Source of the DNA: Pseudomonadota bacterium
Lineage (GTDB): Bacteria; Pseudomonadota; Alphaproteobacteria; Caulobacterales; Caulobacteraceae
Length of the DNA: 64,000 nt
Direction of reading: 5' to 3'
NCBI GenBank assembly: GCA_023412655.1
Contig: JAEYNH010000207.1
Coordinates: 2,964-66,963 of the forward strand
Part shown: positions 51,715-61,515 of the stretch, in pieces
How positions within the stretch are numbered: position 1 is the stretch's first letter
Layout: every line of letters begins with the position of its first letter
Notes under the pieces: generated by a model
Database searches by the model: none
The model's input: the letters and a program-made list of their open reading frames with translations, nothing else
What the model was told of the DNA's origin: nothing
Program-made: the position numbers and the translations under genes

Positions 51715-52200
51715 ATGCAAGGCGACAAGGCGATCATCAGGCTCTTGAACGCGGTGCTCACCAACGAGCTGACGGCGATCAACCAGTACTATCTGCACGC
51801 CCGGATGTACGAGAACTGGGGCTTCGCCAAGCTCGGCAAGATCACCTACGAAGAGTCGATCGGCGAGATGAAGCACGCCGACAAGCTCATCAAGCGCATC
51901 CTGTTCCTCGACGGCCTGCCCAACCTTCAGGACCTGCACAAGCTGTCCATCGGCGAGAGCGTGGGCGAGTGCCTGGCGGCCGACCTCGGGGTCGAGGTTC
52001 GCGGCCGCGAGACCCAGATCGAGGCCATCCGCCTGTGCGAGGCCAGCTCCGACTTCGTCTCCCGCGAGGTGCTGGTGGAAATCCTCGACGACACCGAGGA
52101 GCACATCGACTTCCTCGAGACCGAGCTGTCGCTGCTGAAGAGCCTGGGCGAGCAGAACTACCTGCAGCGCGCCACCGGCGAACTCGGCGAAAAGGACTGA
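51715..52200 (+). CDS. bfr: Bacterioferritin
   Basis: MQGDKAIIRLLNAVLTNELTAINQYYLHARMYENWGF...EEHIDFLETEL are canonical Bfr motifs, including the heme-ligand Met region. Confidence 0.95.
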   Translation: MQGDKAIIRLLNAVLTNELTAINQYYLHARMYENWGFAKLGKITYEESIGEMKHADKLIKRILFLDGLPNLQDLHKLSIGESVGECLAADLGVEVRGRETQIEAIRLCEASSDFVSREVLVEILDDTEEHIDFLETELSLLKSLGEQNYLQRATGELGEKD

Positions 52201-52297
52201 CCACTTCCGAGGTGGCCGGACTGGCCACTGGACGATTGCCAGCCTGACCCCGCCCGCCCTACGCTCGTTCCAAGAACGGGAATCCGGGAGGGGCGGG

Positions 52298-53950
52298 ATG
52301 GCGGCGACGACGGAGGCGGCTCCGGCGAGGAGCGGCAACACCATGGTGGTCGCGGGCGCGTCCGTGGGCACGGTGTTCGAGTGGTACGACTTCTACCTCT
52401 ACGGCTCCCTCGCCAGCTTCATCACCGCCCACTTCTTCTCCGGGGTGAACGAGGTCACGGGCTACATCTTCGCCCTGCTGGCCTTCGCCGCCGGGTTCGC
52501 CGTGCGGCCGTTCGGGGCCATCGTCTTCGGCCGGCTGGGCGACCTGTGGGGCCGCAAGAACACCTTCCTGGTCACCATGCTGCTGATGGGGCTGTCCACC
52601 TTCGTGGTCGGCCTGCTGCCTGGCTACGCCGCCATCGGCGTGGCGGCCCCGATCCTGCTGATCGTCATGCGCCTGATCCAGGGCCTGGCCCTGGGCGGCG
52701 AGTACGGCGGGGCGGCCACCTACGTCGCCGAGCACGCCCCGCCCGGCAAGCGCGGCCTCTACACCAGCTGGATCCAGATCACCGCCACCGCCGGCCTGTT
52801 CCTCAGCCTGGTGGTCATCCTGCTGGTCCGCACCCAGCTGGGCGAGGAGGCGTTCCGCGCCTGGGGGTGGCGCATCCCGTTCCTGGTCTCGATCCTGCTG
52901 CTGGGCGTCTCGCTGTGGATCCGCCTGCGGCTCAACGAGAGCCCGGTGTTCCAGAAGATGGTCGACGAGGGCAAGACCACCAAGAAGCCCCTGGCCGAGA
53001 GCTTCGGCCGCTGGAGCAACCTCAAGCTCATCCTGCTGGCCCTCGTGGGGCTCACCGCCGGCCAGGCGGTGGTCTGGTACACCGGCCAGTTCTACGCCCT
53101 GTTCTTCCTGGAGCGGATGCTCAAGGTCGACGGCGCCCAGGCGAACACCCTCGTCGCCGTCGCGCTGGCGCTCGCCACCCCGTTCTTCATCGTCTTCGGC
53201 TGGCTGTCCGACAAGATCGGCCGCAAGCCGATCATCCTGGCCGGCTGCCTGCTGGCCGCGCTCACCTACTTCCCGATCTTCAAGGCCCTCACCGGGGCGG
53301 CCAATCCCCAGCTCGCCGCCGCCACCGCCAGCGCCCCGGTGACGGTGGTGGCCGACCCGTCCGACTGCGCCTTCCAGTTCGATCCGGTGGGCCGCACCGC
53401 CTTCACCAGCGGGTGCGACGTGGCCAAGTCGGCCCTGGCCAATGCGGGGATCTCCTATGCCAACACCGCTGCCCCGGCCGGAACCTTGGCCACCATCCAC
53501 ATCGGCGGCGAGGTGTTCGAAAGCTTCGATGGCCGCGGCCTGCCCAAGGCCGAGTTCGAGGCCCGCAAGAAGGCCTGGAGCGCCGAGCTGGGCGAGCGGC
53601 TGAAGGCGGCCGGCTATCCCGCCAAGGCCGATCCGGCGCAGGTGAACGCCCCCCTGGTGGTGGCCCTGCTGTGGCTGCTGGTCCTCTACGTCACCATGGT
53701 CTACGGCCCGATCGCCGCGGCCCTGGTGGAGATGTTCCCGGCGCGGATCCGCTACACCTCCATGTCGCTGCCCTACCACCTGGGCAACGGCTGGCTCGGC
53801 GGCTTCCTGCCCACCACCGCCTTCGCCATGGTGGCCGCCACGGGCAACATCTACTACGGCCTCTGGTACCCCATCGCCGTGGCGTCCCTGACCTTCGTGG
53901 TGGGCCTGCTGTTCATCAGGGAGATGCGGGGCGCCGACATCGAGGCCTAG
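52298..53950 (+). CDS. MFS transporter, metabolite:H+ symporter (MHS) family, with about 120-aa insertion between TM9 and TM10
   Basis: 550 aa. GTVFEWYDFYLYG, GRLGDLWGRKNTF, GGEYGGAATYVAEHAP are typical MHS motifs. The extra soluble segment is at about 53290-53650. Confidence 0.88.
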   Translation: MAATTEAAPARSGNTMVVAGASVGTVFEWYDFYLYGSLASFITAHFFSGVNEVTGYIFALLAFAAGFAVRPFGAIVFGRLGDLWGRKNTFLVTMLLMGLSTFVVGLLPGYAAIGVAAPILLIVMRLIQGLALGGEYGGAATYVAEHAPPGKRGLYTSWIQITATAGLFLSLVVILLVRTQLGEEAFRAWGWRIPFLVSILLLGVSLWIRLRLNESPVFQKMVDEGKTTKKPLAESFGRWSNLKLILLALVGLTAGQAVVWYTGQFYALFFLERMLKVDGAQANTLVAVALALATPFFIVFGWLSDKIGRKPIILAGCLLAALTYFPIFKALTGAANPQLAAATASAPVTVVADPSDCAFQFDPVGRTAFTSGCDVAKSALANAGISYANTAAPAGTLATIHIGGEVFESFDGRGLPKAEFEARKKAWSAELGERLKAAGYPAKADPAQVNAPLVVALLWLLVLYVTMVYGPIAAALVEMFPARIRYTSMSLPYHLGNGWLGGFLPTTAFAMVAATGNIYYGLWYPIAVASLTFVVGLLFIREMRGADIEA

Positions 53951-54186
53951 GACGGCCCGTCGCGTTCCTCATGGCCGTGGCGGACCGAGTAGAAGCCCAG
54001 CCAGACGAGCAGGCCGACCAGGGCCGCCAGGATCGCCACCCCGCCCAGCAGGTACGGCCAGAGGGGCCCCAGGCTCCGGCCGCCGTCCACCTGCTGGGAG
54101 GCGGCGAAGAAGGCCCACCCGGCCAGTATCGCAAAGCCGGCCAGGCCCAGGAAGGTGAGGCCCAGCACGGCGGCGTGCCTGCGCAT
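53947..54186 (-). CDS. Small two-TM membrane protein, unknown function
   Basis: 79 aa. Two hydrophobic helices (AVLGLTFLGLAGFAILAGWAFFA; YLLGGVAILAALVGLLVWLGF). Downstream of catalase. Stop overlaps the MFS stop region. Confidence 0.5.
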   Translation of the reverse strand: MRRHAAVLGLTFLGLAGFAILAGWAFFAASQQVDGGRSLGPLWPYLLGGVAILAALVGLLVWLGFYSVRHGHEERDGPS

Positions 54187-54234
54187 GTGGCCTCAACCCG
54201 CTGAAGCTCGGACCGTTCCGGAAGCGGCGCGGAC

Positions 54235-54267
54235 GAACGGCCGCGCCGGAGCCCGACGCGGCCGTTC
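54235..54267 (-). terminator. Strong hairpin downstream of catalase (terminator-like, no U-tract)
   Basis: GAACGGCCGCG-(11 nt)-CGCGGCCGTTC, a perfect 11-bp stem, 24 nt after the catalase stop. Confidence 0.35.
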
Positions 54268-54290
54268 CACAGGTCGATCCGGGGGGCGGC

Positions 54291-55748
54291 CTACTCGGCC
54301 GCCAGGAGCGTCCCCAGGCCGACCCGTTGGGCCACGCCCTCGCCATAGGCCGGGTCGGCCTTGGCGAAGTGGGCGATCTGCCGGCGCAGGATGTCCTCGG
54401 GCACCCCGACCATGGCGGCGGCGATGTTGTCCATCAGCTGGCGCTTCTGGTCATCGCTCATCAGCCGGAACAGGGTCCCGGCCTGGCTGTAGTCGTCGTT
54501 GCCGTCCCGGTGGTCGTAGCGGTCGGCGTCGCCCGAGATCCTCAGCGGCGGCTCGCGAAAGGACGCATCCTCCTTCGGCCCGCCGAAGCTGTTGGGCTCA
54601 TAGTTCACCGCCCCGCCGCCGTTGGCGTCGAACCGCATGGCCCCGTCCCGATGATAGCTGTGCACCGGGCAGCGCGGCTGGTTCACCGGCAGCAGGTCGG
54701 CGTTGCCGCCGATCCGGTAGCGCTGGGCGTCGGCGTAGGAGAACAGGCGGAACTGCAGCATCCTGTCGGGGCTGTAGCCGATCCCCGGGACCACATTGGC
54801 CGGCGAGAAGGCCGCCTGCTCCACCTGGGCGTGGTAGTTGTCCGGGTTCCGGTTCAGCTCCAGCTCGCCCACCTCGATCAGCGGATAGTCGGCGTGCGGC
54901 CACACCTTGGTCAGGTCGAAGGGGTTGTAGGGCGTGGTCTCGGCCTCGGCCTCGGGCATGATCTGGACATGGACCGTCCACTTGGGGAACTCGCCCCGCT
55001 CGATGGCCTCGAACAGGTCGCGCTGGTGGGTTTCACGGTCGCCCGCGATCAGCGCCCCGGCCTCTTCGTTGGTGAGGTTCTGGATGCCCTGCTGGGTCTT
55101 GAAGTGGAACTTCACCCAGAACCGCTCCCCGGCCGCGCTGATGAAGCTGTAGGTGTGCGAGCCGAAGCCGTGCATGTGCCGGTAGCTCTTCGGGATGCCG
55201 CGGTCCGAGAACAGGATCGTCACCTGGTGCAGGCTCTCGGGGCTCAGGCTCCAGAAGTCCCACATGGCGGTGTTGCTGCGCATGTTGGTGCGCGGGTCGC
55301 GCTTCTGGGTGTGGATGAAGTCCGGGAACTTCAGCGGGTCGCGGACGAAGAAGACCGGGGTGTTGTTGCCCACCAGGTCCCAGTTGCCCTGGTCGGTGTA
55401 GAACTTCAGGGCCCAGCCGCGCACGTCGCGCTCGGCGTCGGCCGCGCCGCGCTCGCCGGCCACGGTGGAGAAGCGCAGCAGGATCGGGGTCTGCTTGCCC
55501 ACCTCCGAGAACAGGTCGGCGCGGCTGTAGCGGGTGATGTCCTTGGTGACCGTGAAGGTCCCGAAGGCGGCCGAGCCCTTGGCGTGCACCACGCGCTCGG
55601 GGATGCGCTCGCGGTTGAAGTGCGCGTGCTTCTCGAAAAGGTGCAGATCCTGGACCAGCAGGGGCCCGCGCGGACCTGCGGTCAGGCTGTTCTGGTTGTC
55701 CGCCACGGGGATGCCGGCGGCGGTGGTCAGGGTCTTGGGTTTTTCCAT
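54291..55748 (-). CDS. Monofunctional heme catalase (small-subunit type)
   Basis: 485 aa. [33 protein letters not shown], and the proximal Tyr region [11 protein letters not shown]. Confidence 0.95.
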   Translation of the reverse strand: MEKPKTLTTAAGIPVADNQNSLTAGPRGPLLVQDLHLFEKHAHFNRERIPERVVHAKGSAAFGTFTVTKDITRYSRADLFSEVGKQTPILLRFSTVAGERGAADAERDVRGWALKFYTDQGNWDLVGNNTPVFFVRDPLKFPDFIHTQKRDPRTNMRSNTAMWDFWSLSPESLHQVTILFSDRGIPKSYRHMHGFGSHTYSFISAAGERFWVKFHFKTQQGIQNLTNEEAGALIAGDRETHQRDLFEAIERGEFPKWTVHVQIMPEAEAETTPYNPFDLTKVWPHADYPLIEVGELELNRNPDNYHAQVEQAAFSPANVVPGIGYSPDRMLQFRLFSYADAQRYRIGGNADLLPVNQPRCPVHSYHRDGAMRFDANGGGAVNYEPNSFGGPKEDASFREPPLRISGDADRYDHRDGNDDYSQAGTLFRLMSDDQKRQLMDNIAAAMVGVPEDILRRQIAHFAKADPAYGEGVAQRVGLGTLLAAE

Positions 55749-55850
55749 GGGGACGCTCTTCTCCGATGCGAGAAGGAGAATGCGCCCCCACGGAACAAAA
55801 GGAAAATTGATCCTTTTGCGAGTTTCGATAGAAGTTTCTTTGGGTAGAGC

Positions 55851-56936
55851 CTATTCGGCCGCCACCGCCGTGATGCCGATCTTCGGGGCCAACTCGCCGG
55901 CGGCGTAGCGCTTGGCCATGGCCGACATCGGCAGCGGCTTGATGCTCGAGGCGTGGCCGGCGGCGCCGAACTCCTCGAAGCGCTGGATGCAGACCTTGCG
56001 CATGGCTTCCTTGGCGGGCTTCAGATAGCCGCGCGGATCGAACTCGCCGGGCTTCTCGGCGAACACCTTCCGGATCGCGCCGGTGATGGCCATGCGGTTG
56101 TCGGTGTCGATGTTGATCTTGCGCACGCCGTGCTTGATGCCGCGCTGGATCTCCTCGATCGGCACGCCCCAGGTCTGGGGCATCTCGCCGCCGTACTGGT
56201 TGATGATGTCCTGCAGTTCCTGCGGCACCGAGGAGCTGCCGTGCATCACCAGGTGGGTGTTCGGCAGGCGGCGGTGGATCTCCTCGATCACGTTCATGGC
56301 CAGCACCTCGCCGTCCGGCTTGCGCGTGAACTTGTAGGCGCCGTGGCTGGTGCCCATGGCGATGGCCAGGGCGTCCACCTCGGTGGCCTTCACGAACTCC
56401 ACGGCCTGGTCGGGATCGGTCAGCAGCTGGTCATGGTCCAGCTTGCCCTCGAAGCCGTGGCCGTCCTCCTTCTCGCCCATGCCGGTCTCGAGCGAGCCCA
56501 GCACGCCCAGTTCGCCTTCCACCGAGGCCCCGACCCAGTGGGCCATGTCCACGACGTTGCGCGTGACCTTGACGTTGTAGTCGTAGTCGGCCGGCGTCTT
56601 GCCGTCGGCCATCAGCGAGCCGTCCATCATCACCGAGGTGAAGCCGTACTGGATGGCGGTGGCGCAGGTGGCTTCGTTGTTGCCGTGGTCCTGGTGCATG
56701 CAGATCGGGATGTGCGGATACATCTCCGCCATGGCGTCGATCAGGTGCTTCAGCACGATGTCGTTGGCGTAGGACCGCGCCCCGCGCGAGGCCTGCATGA
56801 TCACCGGCGAGTCGGTGGCCTCCGCGGCCTCCATGATCGCCAGGGCCTGTTCCATGTTGTTGATGTTGAAGGCCGGCACGCCATAGCCTTGCTCGGCGGC
56901 GTGATCGAGGAGCTGTCGAAGCGTAATCCGGGCCAT
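55851..56936 (-). CDS. fba: Fructose-bisphosphate aldolase class II
   Basis: ATG 56936 ([30 protein letters not shown]...). [20 protein letters not shown]. Long Calvin-cycle-subtype-like C-terminus. Confidence 0.93.
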   Translation of the reverse strand: MARITLRQLLDHAAEQGYGVPAFNINNMEQALAIMEAAEATDSPVIMQASRGARSYANDIVLKHLIDAMAEMYPHIPICMHQDHGNNEATCATAIQYGFTSVMMDGSLMADGKTPADYDYNVKVTRNVVDMAHWVGASVEGELGVLGSLETGMGEKEDGHGFEGKLDHDQLLTDPDQAVEFVKATEVDALAIAMGTSHGAYKFTRKPDGEVLAMNVIEEIHRRLPNTHLVMHGSSSVPQELQDIINQYGGEMPQTWGVPIEEIQRGIKHGVRKINIDTDNRMAITGAIRKVFAEKPGEFDPRGYLKPAKEAMRKVCIQRFEEFGAAGHASSIKPLPMSAMAKRYAAGELAPKIGITAVAAE

Positions 56937-56950
56937 AGCCAAACTTCCCC

Positions 56951-58147
56951 TTAAGCTTGCAGGGCGGCCACTCCGGGCAGCTCCTTGCCTTCCATCCATT
57001 CCAGAAACGCGCCACCGGCCGTGGAGACGAAGGTGAAATCGCCGGTCACGCGCGCGGCGTTCAGGGCCGCAACCGTATCACCCCCGCCGGCCACCGCCAC
57101 CAGCTTGCCGGCCTTGGCCAGCGCGGCGGCTTCCTGCGCAGCTTCAACGGTCGCTGTATCAAAGGGTTGCACCTCGAACACCCCGAAAGGACCGTTCCAG
57201 ATCAGGGTGCGGCATTCGGCCATGGCCGCCTTCACGGCGGCGACCGTCTTGGGTCCCACGTCGAAGATCTTCTCGTCCGCGGCCACCGCGCCGCCGGAAA
57301 GGTCCACCGTGCGGGTGGCGACGCCCGGCGCCAGGTCCTTGGCCACCACCACGTCGAGCGGCAGGATCACCTTGCAGCCGGCGGCCTGCGCCTTGGCCAG
57401 GATCTCCCGGGCGGTATCGGCCATCTCCTTCTCGCAGAGCGAGCCGCCGATCTCGACCCCTTGGGCGAACAGGAAGGTGTTGGCCATGCCGCCGCCGATG
57501 GCCAGGTAGTCCAGCTTGCCCACCAGGTTGTCGAGCAGGTCCAGCTTGGTCGACACCTTGGCGCCGCCGACGATGCCCATCACCGGCCGCTGCGGATTGC
57601 CCAGGGCCGCGTCCAGGGCCTGCAGCTCCCGGCGCATCTGTTCCCCCGCATAGGCCGGCAGGCGGCGGGCGAGACCCTCGGTCGAGGCGTGCGCCCGGTG
57701 GGCGGCCGAGAAGGCGTCGTTCACGTAGAGGTCGCCGTTGGCCGCCAGGGCGGCGGCGAACTCGGGATCGTTCTTCTCCTCGCCCGCATGGAAGCGGACG
57801 TTCTCCAGCAGGGCGATCCCGCCCGGCTGCAACCCGTCGATGACGCGTTTCGCGTCATCGCCCACGCAGTCGTCGGCGAAGGCCACCGGCGCGCCCAGCA
57901 GCTGCGAGAGCGGCTCGACCACCGGCTTCAGGCTCATCTCGGGCACGCGCTTGCCCTTGGGCCGGTCGAAGTGGGCCAGCAGCACCACCTTCGCCCCACC
58001 GTTCCGCAGCTTCTCGATGGTCGGCAGGGCGGCCCGCAGGCGGGTGTCGTCGCTCACCTGGCCGTCGGCCATCGGCACGTTGAAGTCCACGCGCACCAGG
58101 GCGCGCTTGCCCGAGAGGTCGGCGTCGTCGAGGGTCTTGAAGGTCAT
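56951..58147 (-). CDS. pgk: Phosphoglycerate kinase
   Basis: 398 aa. RVDFNVPM..., [22 protein letters not shown]. Confidence 0.96.
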   Translation of the reverse strand: MTFKTLDDADLSGKRALVRVDFNVPMADGQVSDDTRLRAALPTIEKLRNGGAKVVLLAHFDRPKGKRVPEMSLKPVVEPLSQLLGAPVAFADDCVGDDAKRVIDGLQPGGIALLENVRFHAGEEKNDPEFAAALAANGDLYVNDAFSAAHRAHASTEGLARRLPAYAGEQMRRELQALDAALGNPQRPVMGIVGGAKVSTKLDLLDNLVGKLDYLAIGGGMANTFLFAQGVEIGGSLCEKEMADTAREILAKAQAAGCKVILPLDVVVAKDLAPGVATRTVDLSGGAVAADEKIFDVGPKTVAAVKAAMAECRTLIWNGPFGVFEVQPFDTATVEAAQEAAALAKAGKLVAVAGGGDTVAALNAARVTGDFTFVSTAGGAFLEWMEGKELPGVAALQA

Positions 58148-58165
58148 GGGTGGCGCTCAACTGTT

Positions 58166-58320
58166 CCTTCTCCCCTTGTGGGAGAAGGTGTCAGGCGCAG
58201 CCTGACGGATGAGGGGTTGTGCAACGCCGGCTCGGGTTCGGGTCGGTCCTGAGGGCGATCGCGGCGCGCCCCCTCGTCCCACCGCCTCCGGCGGCCACCT
58301 TCTCCCGCCGGGGGAGAAGG
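58166..58320. repeat. REP-like intergenic element: two copies of the same 9-bp-stem hairpin (CCTTCTCCC/GGGAGAAGG)
   Basis: Hairpin 1 is 58166-58188 (loop CTTGT) and hairpin 2 is 58298-58320 (loop GCCGG), with a GTCAGG/CCTGAC hairpin at 58190-58206. Lies between pgk and gap. Confidence 0.6.
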
Positions 58321-58351
58321 ATGGTTGTCGCCCGGCCCGCGCACGGCGGTC

Positions 58352-59362
58352 CTAGATCAGCTTGCCCATGGCGACGGCGGTGTCGCTCATCCGGGTCGAG
58401 AAGCCCCACTCGTTGTCGTACCAGGAGAGCACCCGGCCGAGGCCGCCGTCGATCACCTGGGTCTGGGGCAGGGCCACGGTCGAGGAGGCCGACACGTGGT
58501 TGAAGTCGATGGACACCAGCGGGTCGTTGGTGACGCCCAGGATGCCGCGCAGCGGGCCCGAGGCCGCGGCCGCTTCCATGGCGGCGTTGATCTCTTCCTT
58601 GGTCACCGCCTTGCCCGGCACGAACTTCAGGTCGACCACCGACACGTTCGGGGTCGGCACGCGGATCGAGCTGCCGTCCAGCTTGCCGGCCAGTTCGGGG
58701 ATCACCAGGCCCAGGGCCTTGGCGGCGCCGGTGGAGGTGGGGATCATCGACATGGCCGCGGCGCGGGCGCGGTAGAGGTCCTTGTGCATGGTGTCCAGCG
58801 TCGGCTGGTCGCCCGTGTACGAGTGGATGGTGGTCATGTAGCCGCGCTCGATGCCGCACAGGTCCTGCAGGACCTTGGCCACCGGGGCCAGGCAGTTCGT
58901 CGTGCACGAGGCGTTGGAGATGATTAGGTCGTCCTTGGTCAGCGTGTCGTGGTTCACGCCGTAGACGATGGTCTTGTCGACGCCGTCGCCGGGGGCCGAG
59001 ATGATCACCCGCTTGGCGCCGGCTTCCAGATGGGCGGCGGCCTTCTCCTTGGAGGTGAACAGGCCGGTGCACTCGAGCGCGATGTCGACGCCCAGGTCCT
59101 TGTGCGGCAGTTCGGCCGGGTTGCGGATGGCCGTCACCTTGATCGGGCCGCGACCCACGTCGATGGTGTCGCCGTTCACGCTCACCTGGCCGGGGAAGCG
59201 GCCGTGGACGCTGTCGTAGCGCAGCAGGTGGGCGTTGGTCTCCACGGGGCCCAGGTCGTTGATCGCCACGACCTCGATGTCCGTGCGCGCGTGCTCGACG
59301 ATCGAACGCAGGACCAGCCGGCCGATGCGACCGAAACCATTGATGGCGACGCGAACGGGCAT
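58352..59362 (-). CDS. gap: Glyceraldehyde-3-phosphate dehydrogenase
   Basis: ATG 59362 ([19 protein letters not shown]...). [12 protein letters not shown] active site. The longer track ORF start is not supported. Confidence 0.96.
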   Translation of the reverse strand: MPVRVAINGFGRIGRLVLRSIVEHARTDIEVVAINDLGPVETNAHLLRYDSVHGRFPGQVSVNGDTIDVGRGPIKVTAIRNPAELPHKDLGVDIALECTGLFTSKEKAAAHLEAGAKRVIISAPGDGVDKTIVYGVNHDTLTKDDLIISNASCTTNCLAPVAKVLQDLCGIERGYMTTIHSYTGDQPTLDTMHKDLYRARAAAMSMIPTSTGAAKALGLVIPELAGKLDGSSIRVPTPNVSVVDLKFVPGKAVTKEEINAAMEAAAASGPLRGILGVTNDPLVSIDFNHVSASSTVALPQTQVIDGGLGRVLSWYDNEWGFSTRMSDTAVAMGKLI

Positions 59363-59661
59363 TTGCGGAGACCTCCTGCGGGGCGTTTCGTGTGGCGGGG
59401 TTCTTGAAGCCGGGGGCTGTGAAGTCAACCCCTGGCAGAACACGAATGGCGCCAATGGATTACGCGGCCGTCCACAGGTGGCGGGGCCGTAGCGTTCAGG
59501 TCGCCGGTGACGCTCGGCAGGAAAAGGCCGTCCCCGCCGCGCCCCGGCCACGGGACCCAAGCCTCGCCCATCTCGCCGTTCGCCCTGCGCCGCCGCCGGC
59601 GCCGTGCCGGATAACTGCGAAATCGGCCGCCATGTTTTCCTTGACTTTGCCGCAGATCTAT

Positions 59662-59676
59662 GTTCTTGTTTTGTTC
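59662..59676 (+). promoter_or_regulatory. Candidate alphaproteobacterial LexA (SOS) box GTTC-N7-GTTC
   Basis: GTTCttgttttGTTC lies immediately 5' of ATG 59677, inside a local AT-rich island with TTGACT (59641-59646) and TATGTT (59659-59664). Confidence 0.4.
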
Positions 59677-60228
59677 ATGGTCAGTGATGCGGACATGCTG
59701 GAGGAGATCGACGCCCGGCTCGCCGCCGTCGCCGACGTCCAGTTCGCCCTGATCCAGAAGATCCACCAGCAGATCGACGCCGCCGAGGAGCCCGCCCAAC
59801 TGGCCCAGCTGGCCGAGCCCCTCGACCGCTGCGCCCGCTCCATCCGCCTGACCTACGCCCTGCGCGTGAAGCTGCGGAAGGAGATCCGTCACCTCGACCG
59901 CGAAGAGACCCGCATGGTCAAGGCCGAAGCCAAGGTCGAAGCCAAGGTCGAAGATGGCGCCGGCCGCGCCGAGCGCATCCGCGAGCGGGTGGAGACCCTC
60001 ACCTGGCGAGAGGCCGACTGGGAGGACGACGAGGCCCTCGACACCGAGTTCGACCGCGTCCTCGACTTCGAGTCCCTCGACCCGGCCTTCGCCACACTCT
60101 CCCTCGAGGAACAGGCCGACCGCATCATCGCCCGCATGGGGCTCAAGGCCGAATATCCGCCGGGGTACGCCGCCGAACGCGCCCACCCCCGCGACGGCGG
60201 GAACCCCGGCTTCCAGAACACCGCCTGA
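59677..60228 (+). CDS. Hypothetical acidic protein (no recognised domain)
   Basis: High-GC3 frame of track ORF 59392..60228. The likely start is ATG 59677 (MVSDADMLEE...) or 59695. Contains a KAEAKVEAKVE mini-repeat and acidic segments. The upstream extension looks non-coding. Confidence 0.6.
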   Translation: MVSDADMLEEIDARLAAVADVQFALIQKIHQQIDAAEEPAQLAQLAEPLDRCARSIRLTYALRVKLRKEIRHLDREETRMVKAEAKVEAKVEDGAGRAERIRERVETLTWREADWEDDEALDTEFDRVLDFESLDPAFATLSLEEQADRIIARMGLKAEYPPGYAAERAHPRDGGNPGFQNTA

Positions 60229-60262
60229 CCCCTACCTCCCCCGCGAAGGGGCGGGAGGGGGA

Positions 60263-60284
60263 CCGCCCGCCGCAGAGCGGGCGG
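60263..60284. terminator. GC-rich hairpin between convergent genes (possible bidirectional terminator / REP-like)
   Basis: CCGCCCGC-cgcaga-GCGGGCGG, a perfect 8-bp stem. It is preceded by an imperfect CCTCCCCCGC...GGGCGGGAGG hairpin. No U-tract. Confidence 0.3.
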
Positions 60285-60315
60285 TGGAGGGGGCAAGCCC
60301 CGCCTACAATGTTGC

Positions 60316-61512
60316 TCAGCCGCGGACCGGCCGCACCTTGGCGGCCGCGTCCCGCGCGCGCTCGCGCGCCTCCGCCACATCGGCGCCTCGCGCCAGCGCG
60401 ACCCCCATGCGGCGGCGCTCGAAGGCTTCGGGCTTGCCGAACAGGCGCAGGTCCGCGCCGGGGACCGCCAGCGCCTCGGCCACCCCCTCGAAGGCGATCC
60501 CCTGGGCTTCCATGCCGCCATAGATGACCGCGCTGGCGCCCGGCTCGCGCAGGGTGACGTCCGTGGGCAGGCCAAGGATCGCCCGGGCGTGCAGGGCGAA
60601 CTCGCTGAAGGTCTGGGTGGCCAGGGTGACGAGGCCGGTGTCGTGCGGACGGGGCGAGACCTCGGAGAACCAGACCTCGTCGCCCTTCACGAACAGCTCG
60701 ACGCCGAACAGCCCCAGGCCCCCCAGAGCCTCGGTGACCTTGCCGGCGATCTCGCGGCTGCGCTCCAGCGCCTTGGGGCTCATCGCCTGCGGCTGCCAGC
60801 TCTCCACATAGTCGCCCTTCACCTGCCGGTGGCCGATGGGGGCGCAGAAGCTGGTCTCCACCCGGCCGTCCTTCAGGCTGCGGACGGTCAGCTGGGTGAT
60901 CTCGAAGTCGAAGTCCACCCGGCCCTCGACGATCACCCGCGGCTGCTCCACCCGGCCGCCCTCCAGGGCGTAGCGCCAGGCGGCGGCGATCTGGTCGGGG
61001 CTCTCCACGTAGGACTGTCCCTTGCCCGACGAGCTCATCACCGGCTTCACGAAGCAGGGAAAGCCCGTGACCTCCGCCGCCGCCCGGGCCAGTTCCTCCT
61101 CGGACGAAGCGAAGGCGTAGGCGCTGGTGGGCAGGGAAAGCGTCTCGGCGGCCAGCCGGCGGATGCCCTCCCGGTTCATGGTCAGCTGGGCGGCCCGGGC
61201 GGTGGGGATCACCGTCGCCGCGCCCTCGGCCTCGATGCGCACCAGCTCGTCGGTGGCGATGGCCTCGATCTCCGGCACGATCAGCTGCGGCCGCTCGGCC
61301 TCCACCAGCGCCCGCAGCGCCGCGGCGTCGGTCATCGGGATGACATGGCTGCGGTGGGCGACCTGCATGGCCGGGGCGCCCGCATAGCGGTCGACGGCGA
61401 TCACCTCGCAGCCCAGCCGCTGCAGCTCGATGGCCACCTCCTTGCCGAGCTCGCCCGAGCCCAGGAGCATGACCTTGAGGGCGGTGGGCGAGAGCGGCGT
61501 GCCGAGGCGCAT
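60316..61512 (-). CDS. purT: Formate-dependent phosphoribosylglycinamide formyltransferase
   Basis: 398 aa. [22 protein letters not shown]..., ATP-grasp. Characteristic PurT N-terminus MRLGTPLSP. Starts 3 nt after the tkt stop. Confidence 0.93.
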   Translation of the reverse strand: MRLGTPLSPTALKVMLLGSGELGKEVAIELQRLGCEVIAVDRYAGAPAMQVAHRSHVIPMTDAAALRALVEAERPQLIVPEIEAIATDELVRIEAEGAATVIPTARAAQLTMNREGIRRLAAETLSLPTSAYAFASSEEELARAAAEVTGFPCFVKPVMSSSGKGQSYVESPDQIAAAWRYALEGGRVEQPRVIVEGRVDFDFEITQLTVRSLKDGRVETSFCAPIGHRQVKGDYVESWQPQAMSPKALERSREIAGKVTEALGGLGLFGVELFVKGDEVWFSEVSPRPHDTGLVTLATQTFSEFALHARAILGLPTDVTLREPGASAVIYGGMEAQGIAFEGVAEALAVPGADLRLFGKPEAFERRRMGVALARGADVAEARERARDAAAKVRPVRG

Positions 61513-61515
61513 GGC

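Noticed and set aside
55749-55850. The AT-rich catalase upstream region, considered as an OxyR site, and the AAAAGGA-tcaattt-TCCTTTT hairpin, considered as the fba terminator.
   Set aside because: I could not match an OxyR tetranucleotide pattern with confidence. The hairpin is short and AT-rich. I left both unannotated rather than over-call them.
59392-59676. The N-terminal extension of ORF 59392..60228 (278 aa).
   Set aside because: The extension is Pro/Arg/Ala-rich. It crosses the promoter-like AT-rich island and the GTTC-N7-GTTC motif. Coding-like sequence begins only at 59677 or 59695.
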